From an uncultured Anaerolineaceae bacterium (GTDB lineage Bacteria; Chloroflexota; Anaerolineae; Anaerolineales; UBA4823), in the NCBI GenBank assembly GCA_964354345.1, contig CAYGZL010000032.1, positions 128,684-192,683 of the forward strand: a stretch of DNA of 64,000 nucleotides, given 5' to 3'. Positions 46,050 through 56,243 of the stretch are shown here, in pieces (position 1 is the stretch's first letter; each line of letters starts with the position of its first letter). The notes under the pieces are model-generated. The model searched no databases and was not told where the DNA came from. It saw nothing but the letters and a program-made list of their open reading frames with translations. The position numbers and the translations under genes were made by a program.

Positions 46050-46976
46050 TTACGGAACATATACAGACACATTCCAATGACGATAACGTGCCAGGCGACC
46101 ATGGACGATATCATCAAAAGTCTGGCGAAGTTGGGTCGTCAAGGGACCCATTACACCCAACCCTACTGGACGATGGTCTATCCGGGTAACGGCAGTGATC
46201 TGAGCAGCCGTCCCGGTCATAAAGAACTCATCACAAAGATAAATTTCAGTCCGATCAATTGGGCGTTCGACTACCAGGACGCCGAGTTCTTGTTTGGCGA
46301 TCTCAATCACAGTTCGGCGGGTAATCCCTTCGAGAATATTCTCCGTAATCGGTGGTGTTACTAAGACACCTTCACGCCACATAAAAACATTCATCGCGCT
46401 GCCCTCCGCGACATGACCTTCTTGAGTTAATACCAGAGCCTCATCGAATCCTGCTCGAATTGCATCGGTTTTTACCAATGCTGAGTTGGCATAAGCGCCA
46501 GCGATCTTTCCGCGCGCTGGGATCGTGTTATCATCCACCCGGCGCCAAGAAGAAACTGTGACATGGGCATTCGTATCATTCTGAACATAGCGATCGAATG
46601 GCACCGCTACGATAGAAATTTCATCCTTTAGATCATGCAGCTTCACACCGATAATTTCATCGGCTTTAAACGCTAACGGGCGAATGTAAATATCCCGGCG
46701 ATAGCCCTCTTTCTTTAACAGCTCTAAAGTAATCTGGAGTAAGTCTTCTGGAGTTTGTTTTAATTCTATACATATTAATTTCGCCGACATTCTAAACCGG
46801 CGGAAATGATCAAGCGGTCGAAATAAATATAACTGCTCATATTCGCTATTCCAATAACCGCGTAACCCACCAAAAGCCGCCGTGCCATAGTTCAGGGCAT
46901 GTGTCATCACGCTTACTTTGGCATCTGAGTAGGCGACTATCTCACCCTTAAAATATGCATATCGAGGAAACTCCAT
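46050..46976 (-). CDS. ilvE: branched-chain amino acid aminotransferase (PLP fold type IV)
   Basis: 308 aa. YGTAAFGGLRGY, IYIRP, EGSAMNVF and GITRRTVIE motifs. Confidence 0.88.
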   Translation of the reverse strand: MEFPRYAYFKGEIVAYSDAKVSVMTHALNYGTAAFGGLRGYWNSEYEQLYLFRPLDHFRRFRMSAKLICIELKQTPEDLLQITLELLKKEGYRRDIYIRPLAFKADEIIGVKLHDLKDEISIVAVPFDRYVQNDTNAHVTVSSWRRVDDNTIPARGKIAGAYANSALVKTDAIRAGFDEALVLTQEGHVAEGSAMNVFMWREGVLVTPPITENILEGITRRTVIEIAKQELGVLVVERPIDRTEIYLCDEFFMTGTAAQITAVTRIDHRPVGLGVMGPLTTQLRQTFDDIVHGRLARYRHWNVSVYVP

Positions 46977-47025
46977 TCGATTTACCTCCTGACAACAAGA
47001 TCGTGTCCTTAAAACAACGGGGACG

Positions 47026-47034
47026 ATTATAACA
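47026..47034 (-). promoter_or_regulatory. extended -10 promoter element for ilvE
   Basis: The minus strand reads TGtTATAAT about 45 nt upstream of the ilvE ATG. The -35 element is weak. Confidence 0.4.
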
Positions 47035-47134
47035 TTTGACTGCAGCCATCCGATTCAGCAAACGACTTGGAACCATTTCGCGGAGAATCCCTGACTTCCG
47101 GTTATACTTACTCCGCATCGAGCCGGAACCTCGT

Positions 47135-47178
47135 AACTACTGTTACGCCGGAACTACTGTTACGCCGGAACTACTGTT
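47135..47178. repeat. 17-nt tandem direct repeat, 2.6 copies
   Basis: AACTACTGTTACGCCGG occurs at 47135-47151 and 47152-47168, with a partial copy at 47169-47178. The unit length is not a multiple of 3. Confidence 0.9.
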
Positions 47179-47186
47179 TCGTTAGC

Positions 47187-47711
47187 ATGAATAACCATTG
47201 GCAGACCCTTATCTTCTGGGACGATACGATAACCCACCGCTTACGAATCGCTGAAAAGCCAGGCCCGATCCGTACATTTGCAATTTTATTCGCCCACTCC
47301 GCAGACTCCTGGTTTTGGTTACTTGGCCTCGCCCTGGTTGGTATGCTCGGACCAAGGGAGTGGAGGAATCTCGAAGCGAAGCTGGCGATAGGCATCGTGG
47401 TTACGGCGCTCATTGTATTCATCATCAAATTCGCAATTCGCCGGCAACGCCCCACAGGAGACTGGGGTGAAATCTACCGCAAGACTGACCCGCACTCTTT
47501 CCCTTCTGGACACGCCGCCCGAGCAGCCATGTTGGCAATGGTCTGCCTGGCTGTCGGAATACACGACCTGGGACTGATCTTGTTCGTCTGGTTTGGGTTA
47601 GTCTCTCTGGCACGCGTTGCCATGGGGGTTCATTACCTTCTAGATGTAATAGCTGGTGGTGTCCTTGGGATTCTCCTTGGTTTTATCTTGAGCCTGCGCT
47701 TTATTTTTTGA
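47187..47711 (+). CDS. PAP2-family (type 2 phosphatidic acid / undecaprenyl-PP phosphatase-like) membrane protein
   Basis: KxxxxxxRP (KFAIRRQRP), PSGHA and SRVAMGVHYLLDV are the PAP2 motifs. ATG 47187 is preferred over TTG 47067 because the intervening stretch is the 17-nt repeat. Confidence 0.8.
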   Translation: MNNHWQTLIFWDDTITHRLRIAEKPGPIRTFAILFAHSADSWFWLLGLALVGMLGPREWRNLEAKLAIGIVVTALIVFIIKFAIRRQRPTGDWGEIYRKTDPHSFPSGHAARAAMLAMVCLAVGIHDLGLILFVWFGLVSLARVAMGVHYLLDVIAGGVLGILLGFILSLRFIF

Positions 47712-47720
47712 TCTAAAAGC

Positions 47721-48782
47721 TTACTCCGCGCCACGCATCTCGTTCTTCAAACTCTCAATGGCAGAGATTGGCGTGGGATCAACGCCGTAAGCCATGGCCA
47801 GGAAATAGGCAACATAATCGCCCAGATGCAGGCAGGTCCATAAGTGCGCCAGAGGCGAATTACCCCGGGCATCGACAAAATCCGTGTTTAGACCTTCTAA
47901 CATGAAAATTTTCCGCGTCAAATCGTTTCGCAGGCGGTTACGTGGAAAATCCGAGGGCGCCCTTAAGAACAAAGCCATAATCTGGCCAATCAACGGCTGC
48001 GGAAGCTCAACCCCAGCCAGGGTATTATGATCGGCCTCCGGCATAATTTCGAACTGTGCCCAGGCCTTGGCAAGCTCATTAATTTGCCCCTTCCACCGCC
48101 GAGCCACTGGTGCTAAGACACCTGAACCCAAAACCGTTACCCACCTGCCTACCAGTTGCCCTGCCAGGCGCTTGGCCGGATTCTTAGCTGCTGGTACTCC
48201 CGGTTGGATCTGAGCTTGTTGGTCTTTCATCTCCAAAACAGCCTCTCTCAAATCAGGCGATGAATCCGGCAACAAATTCAGGCGCGTCAGAGCCCCTAGC
48301 AGCAATCCAAATGAAAAACCGACCGCCGCACGCGGCTGTCCTTGATAGACATACCGCCAAACCGGCGTCCCATTCCGGTCACCCAATTCAGCCAGTTTTC
48401 CGCCAGTAGTAATCACCAGGCACCGGCATTGATTAACCAACGCCTGTTCAAATGCTGAAAGGGTCTCTTCAGTGTTCCCAGAATGGGAAGATGCGACGAC
48501 CAGGGTTTCTGGACCACGTGCCCAGACCGGTAAGCCATAATCGCGATGAACGATGATCGGCGTAGAACAGACGAGCCCGGCATAAGCCGCCAATAAGTCG
48601 GCCCCGATCGCGGACCCCCCCATTCCAGCGACCAGAACATGACGGATCCCCGACCAGACTGGTAAAGGTTGGGTAAATCCCAATTCCCAGGCGCTTTGAA
48701 GCTGGTCCGGCAAGCCTTCTATGTGGGATAGCATGTTATTCTTATCAAGATTCGCAAATTGAGTAAGGTCGTCCAGGTTCAT
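47721..48782 (-). CDS. SIS-domain bifunctional phosphoglucose/phosphomannose isomerase-like protein
   Basis: 353 aa. VAGMGGSAIGADL and SHSGNTEET are SIS motifs. Confidence 0.75.
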   Translation of the reverse strand: MNLDDLTQFANLDKNNMLSHIEGLPDQLQSAWELGFTQPLPVWSGIRHVLVAGMGGSAIGADLLAAYAGLVCSTPIIVHRDYGLPVWARGPETLVVASSHSGNTEETLSAFEQALVNQCRCLVITTGGKLAELGDRNGTPVWRYVYQGQPRAAVGFSFGLLLGALTRLNLLPDSSPDLREAVLEMKDQQAQIQPGVPAAKNPAKRLAGQLVGRWVTVLGSGVLAPVARRWKGQINELAKAWAQFEIMPEADHNTLAGVELPQPLIGQIMALFLRAPSDFPRNRLRNDLTRKIFMLEGLNTDFVDARGNSPLAHLWTCLHLGDYVAYFLAMAYGVDPTPISAIESLKNEMRGAE

Positions 48783-48795
48783 GATTCACTCCTGA

Positions 48796-49644
48796 TTATG
48801 GTTCTTCGCCTTTAGACGGGTATTGGCGTACTCGCATGACTAACTGGTAAACAGAACGCCGCGGCCAGCCAGATTGCATAGCCAGGCGGCTGGCAATAAC
48901 CGCTGGCTTATCCCCTTGGGCCAGGCTTTCATAGATCACCGACCGTAACTGGTTTTCGGTCCAGCTCTCTAGATCCCCTGGATTTCCACCCACCACCAGC
49001 GTAAATTCACCGCGGGGACTCTGCTGGGTGAAATGCTCGAGGGCCTGACTCAAATTTCCCCGGTAGATTTCCTCATACAACTTGGTCAGTTCACGCGCCA
49101 CAGCTATGGGACGATCACCCAAAACATCCAGTAAATCTTTCAATGAATCACACAGCCGATGGGGTGCTTCGAGAAAAATCAACGTGAAGCGCAGCGCCGT
49201 AATCCCCTCGAGAAAACGGCGACGTTCGCCTCCCCGGCGGGGTAGATAACCAAGATATACAAAAGCATCCGTTGGTAACCCCGAAGCGACTAATGCCGCG
49301 ATTGGTGCGCAAGCGCCCGGAATCGGGCTGACCGGATACCCTTCTTTTAAAACTGCCCGGACTAATTCGTAGCCCGGATCATTTAACGCCGGTGTGCCGG
49401 CATCAGACACCAGGGCAACATCCCCCTCAGATAAAGTTGCCAGAATTTTTTCTAGCTTGCTGAGTTTATTGTATTCATAATAACTGGTCAGTTGCGTTTG
49501 AATCTGGTAATGCGCCAGGAGTTGTTTCGTCTTACGCGTGTCTTCTGCAGCAATCAAGCGAACCTGGCGTAAGATCGTTAATGAGCGAGCGCTGATATCG
49601 TCCAGATTCCCAATCGGCGTCGCAACCAGATACAATGTACCCAA
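48796..49644 (-). CDS. rsmI: 16S rRNA (cytidine1402-2'-O)-methyltransferase
   Basis: GTLYLVATPIGNLDDIS..AEDTR and SDAGTP are RsmI tetrapyrrole-methylase-fold motifs. Confidence 0.88.
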   Translation of the reverse strand: MGTLYLVATPIGNLDDISARSLTILRQVRLIAAEDTRKTKQLLAHYQIQTQLTSYYEYNKLSKLEKILATLSEGDVALVSDAGTPALNDPGYELVRAVLKEGYPVSPIPGACAPIAALVASGLPTDAFVYLGYLPRRGGERRRFLEGITALRFTLIFLEAPHRLCDSLKDLLDVLGDRPIAVARELTKLYEEIYRGNLSQALEHFTQQSPRGEFTLVVGGNPGDLESWTENQLRSVIYESLAQGDKPAVIASRLAMQSGWPRRSVYQLVMRVRQYPSKGEEP

Positions 49645-49670
49645 AGCTTATCCTGAGCGAAGTGAATGAA

Positions 49671-50783
49671 CTAAGGAACAGACCAGGTCAACACCTCTGC
49701 TGATAACACCCCGTTATCAGGATTTATCTTGAGTAAAAGCATCCAGCCCGGTAATCCCATGCCTGTTCGATAACATAGATAAGTGCCTTGGGGTTGACTT
49801 TCCACAACCAGAGGGGTGTTGCTCAGCACCCCTTGACGGCAATCTGTTAGCGAGGGCTGATCGGAGCCGAAGATATAATACATTGTATTCCCAAGGGGGA
49901 TCAGCGTGTGTTGCCCATCGGACAATTTTTCATAAGACAGGTCCTCCCCACCGTTATCTACACGGTTTAAATCCAGATCTAGTTTATTGCCAGGCGACAA
50001 AGAAGCCGGACCGCGCACCTGAAGCACCGGTGACACTGTAGCCGTAGGTGAAGGAGTCGGTGTGCCTGGGGTGGCTGTCTGGGTGGACAAGGCAAGTACC
50101 GTGATACGAACCCAAAACGGTGAATTACCCTGCGGACCAATCCCAAACCAATCCCCACCGGAGCTACCGCTTTCCCCTACTGAGCGTAGCTTCCAATTCC
50201 CTTGATAAGTTCCCGAAGGGACAGGCGCCACCAGGTCAATGGAGACATCCACGGTTTGTCCGGGCGCTACCTCAAAGGGAAGTGAAACGTTAGCCGGTGC
50301 GCCCATCAATTCTCCGGAGAAATAGGCAAGCATGTAACCCTTCTTCCAGGTACACACGCCAATATTCTGTAAACGCCAGGTCTTCGTAAAGGCCTGACCG
50401 GGGTTTATCTGCATATCGTCTGGAATGGTTACATCAATGGGATTGCCCGCCGCAGCCAGGTTACAGATTGCAGTCGGGGTGACCGATATTGCTGGTGGGC
50501 TTTGCGAAGCAATCCCAGCCGCAACAGAAGGGGAGGGCGTAGTAATGAGTACACCTGTGTCAGTAGAATTCAACGACGAGGTTGACAGAGGTGGCTCAGT
50601 ATATAGTGCTATCGCCTGAGTTAATCGTGCACTGACCGTCTGGTAAGCCTGCGTTACACTCAATGTCGCATTCTGTGCGCTTCGCCCACCAGGCAGATTA
50701 CATCCAACCAGGGCAAATAATAGAACCAACAGGAAACTACTGTTCCTAACGCCCCGAAAGGATAAACATGCAATTTTAATCAT
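49671..50783 (-). CDS. secreted lipoprotein with a beta-sandwich (NBR1-like) domain, unknown function
   Basis: Lipobox ALVGC. The segment FTKTWRLQNIGVCTW...VAPGQTVDVSIDLVAPVPSGTYQGNWKL resembles Nbr1_FW-type domains. Confidence 0.45.
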   Translation of the reverse strand: MIKIACLSFRGVRNSSFLLVLLFALVGCNLPGGRSAQNATLSVTQAYQTVSARLTQAIALYTEPPLSTSSLNSTDTGVLITTPSPSVAAGIASQSPPAISVTPTAICNLAAAGNPIDVTIPDDMQINPGQAFTKTWRLQNIGVCTWKKGYMLAYFSGELMGAPANVSLPFEVAPGQTVDVSIDLVAPVPSGTYQGNWKLRSVGESGSSGGDWFGIGPQGNSPFWVRITVLALSTQTATPGTPTPSPTATVSPVLQVRGPASLSPGNKLDLDLNRVDNGGEDLSYEKLSDGQHTLIPLGNTMYYIFGSDQPSLTDCRQGVLSNTPLVVESQPQGTYLCYRTGMGLPGWMLLLKINPDNGVLSAEVLTWSVP

Positions 50784-51924
50784 GATTAAAGCCTAAGCGC
50801 TTTGCCAGGATATGTGCAATCTGGCGCGAGGCCTGGGGTTTGGCCAGACGAAGGCTGGCCGCGACTGCCTGTGCTCGCTTCTCAGGGTGCTCAATCCAAT
50901 CGTTGATAGCACTCACAATCTGCCTGGGTCGCGGAGCCCAAATGCCAGCTCCTTCAGAAACAACATAAGATACATTTCCCTCTTCCTGACCCGGCAGCCG
51001 GCTATATAAAATAATTGGCAGCCCGGCAATTAACGCCTCGCTGATTGTTCCAGGACCAGCCTTTGTCACCAGAATATCAGCCGCGCCCATAAAATCAGAC
51101 ATTTCACGGACAAAACCATACATAAAGGTGGGAATTGACCAGGATAAAGATTCTAAACGCTCCTTTAACACCTGGTTCTTTCCTGTTATGATCACCAATG
51201 ACACCGCAGGACAAGAAGCCTCGATTGCGCGAGCGGTTCTTTCTAAAGGCCCCATCCCCTCTCCACCTCCAACCAGGAGAATTAAAGGGCGGTCCTGGGG
51301 CCATCCCCAGCGCGCGCGCAAGTCGAACCGGTTTTCAGGAGGTTGACAAAAACGATCAGCGACTGGTAATCCAACTACTTGAAGTTGATCTGGTCGCAAC
51401 CCACAAGTTAACGCCTTTTGGCGGGCTATTTCTGTTGGAACCACGCACAAGTCCACTAATCGCGAATACCAGAACGCATGCACCGAAACCAAATCGGTGA
51501 CCACGGTGATATACGGAGGACGTTGGTTACCCAGGATACGAAGGATCGGCCAATTCGCCAGTGGGTGAACCGAGACGATCATATCGGAGGGGTGTTCCTT
51601 TGCCAGGGTATAGATAGCTTTCCGCACATATGGTATAAAGCTATCGATGATCAACTTTACCTGACGGTTGCCGTTACTGAGATGAAACCCAAACGCCCAG
51701 GCTCTCGGTGCCCGCACCATCGTTGGGTAAAGCTCAGGCATCCAGTTGAGGGGAGGTGGCCCATAATCCTTAAGAATATCCACCATTTCTGTGGTTATCT
51801 GTTCTCCATATTCAAGATGAACAGCTTCAATAATCGCCTCGGCTGCACTACGGTGTCCGCCCCCTGTGGCAGAGAATAGAAACAAGATATGCGGCCGTTT
51901 AGGGGTTTGGGTTTCTATGATCAT
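50776..51924 (-). CDS. GT28-family glycolipid synthase (MGDG synthase / UgtP-like)
   Basis: [16 protein letters not shown]-terminus and C-terminal GGGEGMG...[12 protein letters not shown] pattern. Confidence 0.8.
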   Translation of the reverse strand: MIIETQTPKRPHILFLFSATGGGHRSAAEAIIEAVHLEYGEQITTEMVDILKDYGPPPLNWMPELYPTMVRAPRAWAFGFHLSNGNRQVKLIIDSFIPYVRKAIYTLAKEHPSDMIVSVHPLANWPILRILGNQRPPYITVVTDLVSVHAFWYSRLVDLCVVPTEIARQKALTCGLRPDQLQVVGLPVADRFCQPPENRFDLRARWGWPQDRPLILLVGGGEGMGPLERTARAIEASCPAVSLVIITGKNQVLKERLESLSWSIPTFMYGFVREMSDFMGAADILVTKAGPGTISEALIAGLPIILYSRLPGQEEGNVSYVVSEGAGIWAPRPRQIVSAINDWIEHPEKRAQAVAASLRLAKPQASRQIAHILAKRLGFNHD

Positions 51925-52090
51925 TTTTTGGCAATATCATCTTTAATCGGCGGGCTAATATTCTGCGCGGAAGTAATATCCTTCGTCCGCATTGCATACA
52001 CTCTAATCCAATATCGGCTCCCATCCGAACGACCTTCCACTCAAAACCACCACAGGGATGGGGTTTCCTAAGCCGGATGATATCATCCAT
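51899..52090 (-). CDS. DUF951-family small protein
   Basis: [43 protein letters not shown] matches the DUF951 pattern (KKPHPCG...W...R.GaDi...C..Cg). The start could be ATG 52090 or 52108. Confidence 0.65.
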   Translation of the reverse strand: MDDIIRLRKPHPCGGFEWKVVRMGADIGLECMQCGRRILLPRRILARRLKMILPKNDHRNPNP

Positions 52091-52166
52091 TTGTATTTCA
52101 GGCAGCATACCGCGGATTATATCATGAGGGAAGCCAACCAAATTTGCAATCCCTTCCGACCCAGGA

Positions 52167-52175
52167 TGGTATAAT
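52167..52175 (+). promoter_or_regulatory. extended -10 promoter element for the M50 protease gene
   Basis: TGgTATAAT at 52167-52175, AGGAG at 52185-52189 and ATG at 52198. Confidence 0.45.
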
Positions 52176-52197
52176 ACTCTTCCCAGGAGATAAATGG

Positions 52198-52854
52198 ATG
52201 CTAAACCTGAGCCCGGCAATTCTGATCTCACGTATTCTTATTCTGATCATATCATTTACTATTCACGAATTTGCACATGCCTGGACGGCCAATTCCTTCG
52301 GCGATACAACACCCCGCCAGAACGGTCGACTCACCCTCAATCCCCTTGCTCATCTTGACCCGATCGGCTCATTGCTTTTATTAGTAGCCGGCTTTGGTTG
52401 GGCAAAACCGGTTCCGGTTAATCCCTACGCTCTGCAACGTCACTCTCGGGCAGCTTTGATGTGGGTATCTCTGGCTGGTCCTTTTTCCAATTTGCTGATG
52501 GCATGCCTGGCGGCGATTCCGTTCCGGGTTGGCCTGGTCAACCCCATTGAAGCATTTAGCTCAAGTACAGGGATATTACCAACACTGTCTCAATTTTTAG
52601 GTGGGTTTATTTGGATCAACCTGATCCTGATGCTGTTTAATCTGATCCCTCTGGCTCCCCTAGATGGGGAAAAGGTGATCGAGTATTTTGTTCCGCCTGC
52701 CTGGTCGCGCGTTTTAGATAACATCCGCCCCTATGGTCCAATCATTTTACTCGCTTTGGTCATGATTCTGCCCTATTTTGGGATTGACCTGATTTATACG
52801 GTGCTTGGACCACCCCTCACTTTCCTCGTTCAGTTGCTGATAGGAAAATCGTGA
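52198..52854 (+). CDS. site-2 protease family (M50) membrane metalloprotease
   Basis: HEFAHAW and [10 protein letters not shown] motifs with several TM helices. ATG 52198 has a good RBS. The ORF is open from TTG 52144. Confidence 0.8.
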   Translation: MLNLSPAILISRILILIISFTIHEFAHAWTANSFGDTTPRQNGRLTLNPLAHLDPIGSLLLLVAGFGWAKPVPVNPYALQRHSRAALMWVSLAGPFSNLLMACLAAIPFRVGLVNPIEAFSSSTGILPTLSQFLGGFIWINLILMLFNLIPLAPLDGEKVIEYFVPPAWSRVLDNIRPYGPIILLALVMILPYFGIDLIYTVLGPPLTFLVQLLIGKS

Positions 52855-53417
52855 GAATTCGTTACAGCGCCAGCTATGGCTTAACCAGAATTCTCTATCG
52901 TATTCGCCAATTTTGGCAGGTATTCCGAGGCATCCCCAGCCAGGAGGACTTACAGGAAGCCCAAAAGGTGCTTTCCCCAACTCTACTGGCGTTATTCTAC
53001 CGCATGCAAGCCAGCGAACAGACGCACGGCCTGGCCATGTTTCACCAATTCGTCCAAAACGGGGAAACCAGCCAAGATTTACTGGTCGCGGCCTTGTTAC
53101 ACGATGCAGGCAAAAGCCGCTATCCGTTGCAAACTATGGAAAGGGTACTGATTGTCCTGGGAGAAGCGTTCTTGCCTGAACGTGTCAAGGAGTGGGGGAA
53201 GGGACAACCGGTCAGTTGGAAGAAATCCTTTGTGGTTGCAGTCCAGCATCCTACTTGGGGAGCGGAAATGGCTGCCCGGGCAGGAGCTTCAGCTTTAACC
53301 GTGGCTTTAATCCTTTATCATCAGGAGCCACCCGAGATTGCAGCCGGTCTGTCCCCCGTGATCGCGGCTGACAATCATGCTCTTTATCTACTTCAGTCAC
53401 TGGATAATCGTTTTTAA
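52851..53417 (+). CDS. HD-domain protein
   Basis: GTGA overlap with the M50 gene. The H..LLHDAGK pattern is present. Confidence 0.6.
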   Translation: MRIRYSASYGLTRILYRIRQFWQVFRGIPSQEDLQEAQKVLSPTLLALFYRMQASEQTHGLAMFHQFVQNGETSQDLLVAALLHDAGKSRYPLQTMERVLIVLGEAFLPERVKEWGKGQPVSWKKSFVVAVQHPTWGAEMAARAGASALTVALILYHQEPPEIAAGLSPVIAADNHALYLLQSLDNRF

Positions 53418-53431
53418 ACCGGGATTTCCTA

Positions 53432-54421
53432 ATGGCAATTAAAATAACCATCATCGGATTGGGTCAAATTGGCACATCGATTGGACTGGCACTGGCGAAT
53501 CAAAAAAACGCACTCTTACGGGTTGGTCATGATCGCGAGCCAACCATCGCGCGGCGCAGTAAATCACTCGGCGCGGTAGACCACATCGAGTTTAATCTTT
53601 ATAAGGCGGTTGAGGAAGCCAGCGTCGTCATTCTCGCTTTACCTGCCGATCAGATACATGAAACACTGTCATTGATCGTAAAAGACCTGAAGGAGGGGGC
53701 AGTAGTTCTCGATACTGCACCGGTTAAAGGGGCGACCATTGGCTGGGTTAACGAACTACTGCCTGAGGGTCGTTACTATGTGGGATTAACTCCAGGGATT
53801 AACCCTGCCTATCTCAACGAGACTAAGGTTGGGATCGAGGCAGCACATGCAGATCTGTTCCACAATGGTTTGATTGCGATAACGACGCCAGGCCGTTCCA
53901 ATTCAGAAGCCATCCAACTGGCCACCGACCTTGTTCGCTTTTTAGGAGCCGCGCCGCTGTTTGCCGATCCGAACGAGATGGATGGCGTAATGGCAGCCAT
54001 ACATCTGTTACCCCAGCTTATGGCAGCCGCGTTACTCCTTACCACCACCGGGCAACCCGGCTGGCGCGAAGGGCAAAAATTAGCCGGGCGATCTTATACC
54101 AATGTCAGCGATCCCATGACCCAGACCGATCCTAAAGCCCTCCGCGCAGCAGCGTTGCACAATCGCCAGAATGTCATGCGGCTGCTAGATCTGGCTATCG
54201 CTGCGCTGCAGGCATTGCATAATGATATTTCTGAACAAAATGGCGAGAATTTAGATCTTCGGTTACAAAAAGCGCGTGAAGTTCGCGATCTATGGTGGCG
54301 TCAACGCCAGGCAGCCGATTGGCTTAGCGCCGAAATGGCTCCGAAATCCGAACTACCCACCGCCTCCGAAATATTTGGCCGGTTGATTGGCTTGGGACGC
54401 AGGTCAAAACCTGGAAAATAG
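53432..54421 (+). CDS. tyrA: prephenate/arogenate dehydrogenase
   Basis: Rossmann N-terminus ITIIGLGQIGTSIGLAL and a PDH-family helical C-domain. 329 aa. Confidence 0.7.
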   Translation: MAIKITIIGLGQIGTSIGLALANQKNALLRVGHDREPTIARRSKSLGAVDHIEFNLYKAVEEASVVILALPADQIHETLSLIVKDLKEGAVVLDTAPVKGATIGWVNELLPEGRYYVGLTPGINPAYLNETKVGIEAAHADLFHNGLIAITTPGRSNSEAIQLATDLVRFLGAAPLFADPNEMDGVMAAIHLLPQLMAAALLLTTTGQPGWREGQKLAGRSYTNVSDPMTQTDPKALRAAALHNRQNVMRLLDLAIAALQALHNDISEQNGENLDLRLQKAREVRDLWWRQRQAADWLSAEMAPKSELPTASEIFGRLIGLGRRSKPGK

Positions 54422-54466
54422 CCTGGGTGTGCGCCTACATATCTCAATAGAAACACGAGGTGAACG

Positions 54467-55651
54467 ATGTCAGATAAGCTGAAATGGATCGAAACAGAAC
54501 TCCAAAACTTAAGAGAAACTGGTTTTTACAATCGCATTCGCACATTGAGCTCGCCTCAAGGCGCCTGGCTGACAGTGGATGGGAAAAGAGCCTTAAATTT
54601 CTGTTCGAATAACTACCTGGGGTTAGCCAATCATCCCCATCTGATTCAGGCTGTCCAAACTGCAGTCGCGCAATATGGGGTGGGTCCAGCCGCTGTCCGT
54701 TCAATCGCAGGGACGATGGATTTACACCTGCAACTCGAAAAACGGCTCGCAGCTTTTAAAGGAGTAGAAGCCACGATTACTTTTCAATCCGGCTTCAAGG
54801 CCAACCTGGCAACATTACCGGTTTTGGTCGGGAAGGATGATGCTATTTTTTCCGATGAGCTTAATCATGCCAGCATTATTGATGGCAGCCGGCTCTCAGG
54901 CGCGCAAATTATCCGTTACGCCCACGCCAACCCAGACGACCTGGACCTTAAATTACGAGAAAATCGGGGTAAGTTCCCGAAAGCAGTTGTCGTCACCGAT
55001 GGGGTTTTTAGTATGGATGGCGATATCGCTCCCTTGGATCGGATTTATGAAGTATCCCAGCAGTATGAAGCCATCCTGATGGTTGACGACGCCCACGGTG
55101 AAGGTGTCTTAGGCAGAGGTGGGCGTGGGATCGTAGACCATTTCGGTCTGCACGGTAAGGTAGATGTTGAAATAGGTACGCTATCCAAGGCCTTTGGCGT
55201 GGTCGGCGGAGTGGTTGCGGGTAATCCCCTCATCGTAGAATGGTTGCGTCAGCGTGGGCGACCCTTCCTGTTCTCTTCGGCAATGACAGTACCGGATACC
55301 GCGGCCTGCCTGGCTGCTCTTGACCTGCTTGAAAATTCGACTGAGTTAGTGGACCGGCTGTGGGAAAATACCCGTTACTATAAAAACGCAATGAAAAATC
55401 TGGGCTTTGATATCGGCAAGAGCGTCACACCAATCACGCCTGTCATGCTGGGCGAAGCCCCCCTGGCGCAGGCTTTTAGTCGTGATTTGTTCGAAATGGG
55501 CGTCTTTGCCATGGCAATCGGCTTTCCAACGGTTCCACGCGGAAAAGCGCGCATCCGGGTCATGATCTCCGCTGCTCACAGTCAAGCCGATTTGGATTTC
55601 GGATTAGATGCTTTCGCGAATGTTGGACGGAAACTAGGTGTACTTTCCTGA
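54467..55651 (+). CDS. kbl: glycine C-acetyltransferase / 8-amino-7-oxononanoate synthase family PLP enzyme
   Basis: [26 protein letters not shown] and the TLSKAFG Lys motif. 394 aa. Confidence 0.8.
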   Translation: MSDKLKWIETELQNLRETGFYNRIRTLSSPQGAWLTVDGKRALNFCSNNYLGLANHPHLIQAVQTAVAQYGVGPAAVRSIAGTMDLHLQLEKRLAAFKGVEATITFQSGFKANLATLPVLVGKDDAIFSDELNHASIIDGSRLSGAQIIRYAHANPDDLDLKLRENRGKFPKAVVVTDGVFSMDGDIAPLDRIYEVSQQYEAILMVDDAHGEGVLGRGGRGIVDHFGLHGKVDVEIGTLSKAFGVVGGVVAGNPLIVEWLRQRGRPFLFSSAMTVPDTAACLAALDLLENSTELVDRLWENTRYYKNAMKNLGFDIGKSVTPITPVMLGEAPLAQAFSRDLFEMGVFAMAIGFPTVPRGKARIRVMISAAHSQADLDFGLDAFANVGRKLGVLS

Positions 55652-55664
55652 TTTATACGTAATT

Positions 55665-55697
55665 AAAAAAGCAGCCCTTGTTAAGGGCGGCTTTTTA
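55665..55697. terminator. bidirectional intrinsic terminator
   Basis: AAAAAA-GCAGCCCTT-GTT-AAGGGCGGC-TTTTT lies between the convergent kbl and the 76-aa gene. Confidence 0.7.
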
Positions 55698-55709
55698 ATA
55701 AAACCCCTG

Positions 55710-55940
55710 TTAGGCAGTTTCAGATAATGGATCAACCGCCGGGTTGGTTCCTGCCCAAACGCAACTTTCTCTCCCTTCAAGGTTGCATTCCAAGGCATTC
55801 GAACAGCGATGCGCCTCAACTCGGGCAGCCAGGTCAGGGAGAATGTCTGCTGGATAAACCACCTCAGCCTCAAGGCTTACATCCTTATCGATATGATTAC
55901 AATGCTGAACTTTAATAACTTCCCATACTTTATCAGCCAC
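55710..55940 (-). CDS. hypothetical 76-aa Cys/His-containing protein
   Basis: GTG start preceded by GGAGG 6 nt upstream. Four Cys residues (HCNH, HRCS, ECN, SCVW). No family was recognised. Confidence 0.5.
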   Translation of the reverse strand: MADKVWEVIKVQHCNHIDKDVSLEAEVVYPADILPDLAARVEAHRCSNALECNLEGRESCVWAGTNPAVDPLSETA

Positions 55941-56088
55941 AGAGTGCCTCCGTTAGTAAACTACCCATGATTATACAGAATTATTTGCAGTTGCATAGTG
56001 TCAGGTGTCAGTAATAAAGACAAATTGTATCATTTATAGAAGACAAATATCAATAACATTAAAAAGGCCAAAGAGGGTGTCAATATCT

Positions 56089-56116
56089 TTGACATTTTTT
56101 AATACTCACGTATAAT
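56089..56116 (+). promoter_or_regulatory. sigma70-type promoter of the ABC importer operon
   Basis: TTGACA (56089-56094), 16 nt spacer, TATAAT (56111-56116), within an AT-rich intergenic region. Confidence 0.5.
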
Positions 56117-56243
56117 GGTGAGATCGTCAATTCGTAAGTATCTGACATTAAAGATCGGAGGTGATTACCTGCATAAAGTTTAAACATCCATATCCACTAT
56201 CCCAAATCAACCCTAATTTACAATTTCCATTGGAGGAGAAAAT

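Noticed and set aside
47067-47186. N-terminal extension of the PAP2 gene from TTG 47067
   Set aside because: The extension is made largely of the 17-nt tandem repeat, which is not a multiple of 3, and has no membrane or signal character. ATG 47187 gives a typical PAP2 N-terminus.
56078-56094. TGTCAA-N5-TTGACA inverted repeat as a shared operator with the 22634 palindrome
   Set aside because: The half-site is simply the consensus -35 hexamer and its complement. The spacing differs (1 versus 5 nt). Both sites lie in divergent intergenic regions where back-to-back -35 elements are expected. This is not enough to propose a common regulator.
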